Source of the DNA: Azolla caroliniana
Taxonomy: Eukaryota > Plantae > Polypodiophyta
Assembly (NCBI GenBank): GCA_043228905.1
Contig: JBHGNT010000004.1
Coordinates: forward strand, 24,304,001-24,368,000
Length of the DNA: 64,000 bases
Direction of reading: 5' to 3'
The number at the start of each line of letters is the position of its first letter. Within the stretch, counting starts at the first letter, position 1. Under the pieces are notes generated by a model that saw only the letters and a program-made list of their open reading frames with translations, ran no database searches and was not told where the DNA came from. Positions 61,393 to 64,000 of the stretch are shown here, piece by piece. Position numbers and translations under genes: made by a program.

Positions 61393-62816
61393 GAAACAAG
61401 TTCATGTCAATTCCATGATGGTGGGAGGGATGCGATTGACACAACCATGGGTAGGCACACCCTAATGAAGGAAAAAAAGTTTGATTGATCTATTGGTGAA
61501 TGGATATGTCCAAGACATTCTTTGCGAAACATGATTGCAACATTACGAAAATGTTGGCTAGTCATTTAGGGAAATTCGAAATGTTCAAAAAGGGGGAAAA
61601 TTCTCATATGAGACTGTCACAAGGTGGTGTGTTGGTGGCTTGAACGTTGTACATTGTTGAAACTTGTTGAAGTTGATGCCACCACATAAAATCCAGATGT
61701 AGCTCGTAGAATTGACTAGTTTATGGAGACCTTGAATCACATTTTTATTCGAGGTTTTGAGGCATTTATACAATAAAACAAAAGCTTCATTATACTCACG
61801 TTTTTATTATCAAAGAACAATCAATCTAATAAGAGTCATTGTGAAAGATGGAAGGCCTAAGGCTAAAGTCAAATTTATGATTTAATATTGATTAGTGTGT
61901 TGCGTAATAATGACCTATTTTTTCCCTTGATAGATAGGGTAAAGGGGTGAGACTTCTAGGTTTAAACTTCAAATCCTCATACACAAATATATAACAATAG
62001 CTTTTTAATAACTTTGCTTATTTATTGTTGCACCATTTACATAAATGATTGTGGATTCTCTATTTTGAAGGCCCCATGAAATGCTTCATCTCTTGTATTA
62101 TTGTGCTTGAGAAGTCTTAACTCAAGTTTCAAATGCTACCCAAGTGTGGCTCTTATTTGTTTGTGTAAAAGGTCTCTCATTCTCCTCTTAGTTGTAATGT
62201 GTGGCTCCAAGCCAAGTTTTTCATCTCTTTCCAAGGTGATCCCTTTAAGGGAGCTCATTAGAGTTTAGTGTACTCGGTTTGGGCTTGTTGTGATGCATGC
62301 CATATGCCCTCTATTGTTCGAATGGTTGTGGGAGTATCATATAAATCCACAATGAATGCATTAGTCTCTTTCAAGAGTCAAAACATGATGACAAACTTAT
62401 TAGAATACTACAATTTTCCAAGAATTATGCATGTCTCATACTTAGTAGCATGAGCAAATTAAAAAATTGATCCACTTTATATCTATAACAAATGCAATAT
62501 CCTCCTTACCATCAAAATACGATTACATGCTTTTTTCATGAAAATGTGCAATAAATATTTGAAGAGAAAGAGAAAGGTGTTACATGGATGTGGTGAATTT
62601 CTTTAGGAAAAAGCTAACCATTGACAAGGTAATTACATGTACAAGAAACTTAGATGAAATGATGCTCTATCTGTCATGTAACCTAATTATGTGATTGTTC
62701 TAGAATCCATATAGGATATTTTCATGCCCTTACATAATTGTAATTTGTAGTTGTTCAGGCTGCTGCTAATATTTTCGTGTCCTGTTAATAGCCTTGAAGG
62801 AGAATAACAATGTATT

Positions 62817-63900
62817 TTACAAAAAGTAGTTGACATAGTCATCAAAATCTGTATGCAACATTTGTGGTTCTTGTGTTTGCCTACGTTGTTGGATTGTATT
62901 TGATTGAAGGGACAAAATGAATGGAGCCATATGGCCAACCCTTTCTAATCTAGCTTGCTTTGTACTTGAGTGAAGCGATATCACTTCCTCTAGTTGATGA
63001 TGAATTTGATGTTTTTGATTAAAACGACCATCGTGGCATCTAGCTTCCTTGCAATATCCACATAAATCATAGCCTACTTTTTCACGGCAATCTCTACATC
63101 GATATCGTCTTCCCACAATTGGAAACATCTGCAATGCATGTCATATCATATAAATTATTAGTACACACACATTTCACATCAATATCTTTACAATCATTAG
63201 ATGTAGTATCAATTTAGTTATTCCATCACAAGAATAAGGTTTTACAACAACAAACATTGTTGGAACAAAGTGGCTGATTTGTTGAAGACAATAGGAATGT
63301 GTTTTTGTTTGTTTGTTTAAGGAATCATCTAAGTCTGTTTATAAAAACTTTTATTTCATAAAATTCCTTTTCAAACTCCTTTATTTCTTTACACAAAATG
63401 TTAGGTGTACCGTGTGTACATGTAACTCGTCTTTAAGAGCTAAATTTAACATAGGTGGTCTTCTTCTTTGCATTCTACATTGGCTTGCAATGGTAGATTA
63501 TGTGTGCAATGTGCACATTCAGTGGCCTTTAAGAATCGATGGCAAGGACTTCACTTATTTTCGGGTACAACTGCTGGTCCGAAGTGGAATTATGCCATAG
63601 CTTCTTTTATGTTGGATAGCTGATAGTATTGTTTTACTTGTTTTATATATGACATCATCAGTTTGATCAGATGCTTATACTAACTTTTGTATCTTACAAT
63701 AATAAGTGAGATGAAATGTCTCCTTCTGTTTTCTCTATGTATGTATAGTTTTCAAGTAATATATACTAAGGTGCATCTTTCATTTTTAAAAAAACAACAA
63801 ACCTCAAATTTTGTCAATAAACTTATGAAACGTACCCCACAATTGTCGCATCCCACTCCCTTGTGAATTAAATCAAGTTGTTCCTCTTCCACAAGACCAT
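62817..63900 (-). CDS. PRT1: Last two exons of a PRT1-like (PROTEOLYSIS1, N-end-rule E3 ligase) ZZ zinc-finger gene; 5' part lies beyond the window
   Basis: Exon 63900-63836 (IHKGVGCDNCG) spliced to exon 63128-62817 (MFPIVGRRYRCRDCREKVGYDLCGYC..GRFNQKH..HQLE), matching the PRT1 ZZ pattern. The RING domains are not visible in the window. Confidence 0.75.
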
Positions 63901-64000
63901 CTACATGTATCCCATAAACAGAAAATATGGTGTCATAAGATTTACAAACAACAAGAAAAATGTTTAACGAAACTTGCAATTGCTCACAAGGTTACAAGGG

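Overview
Land-plant nuclear DNA: spliceosomal introns, a Met-tRNA-primed Copia retrotransposon and many (GA)n microsatellites; the species cannot be determined from the sequence. From left to right: (1) a full-length Ty1/Copia element with a TSD whose ORF is killed by CGA>TGA stops (35-5615); (2) further Copia remnants; (3) a start-codon-less copy of the LEUNIG promoter/5'UTR/exon 1, fused to (4) a ~1.1 kb fold-back inverted duplication of the 5' end of an SRP-receptor-beta gene; (5) that SRbeta gene, frameshifted, with a TRIM and a nested antisense Copia in intron 3; (6) an intact LEUNIG/LUH corepressor gene; (7) a KAS III (FabH) pseudogene; (8) GEX1; (9) a class III peroxidase with a variant distal motif; (10) a 100-N scaffold gap; (11) an IQD gene; (12) a hAT MITE; (13) the 3' end of a PRT1-like ZZ-finger gene on the minus strand. 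The most striking feature is the chimeric locus at ~6440-11930. There a borrowed LEUNIG promoter points into a long hairpin built from the neighbouring gene, a candidate newborn hairpin-siRNA/proto-MIRNA locus. All calls are by eye; identities are estimates and no expression can be shown from sequence.
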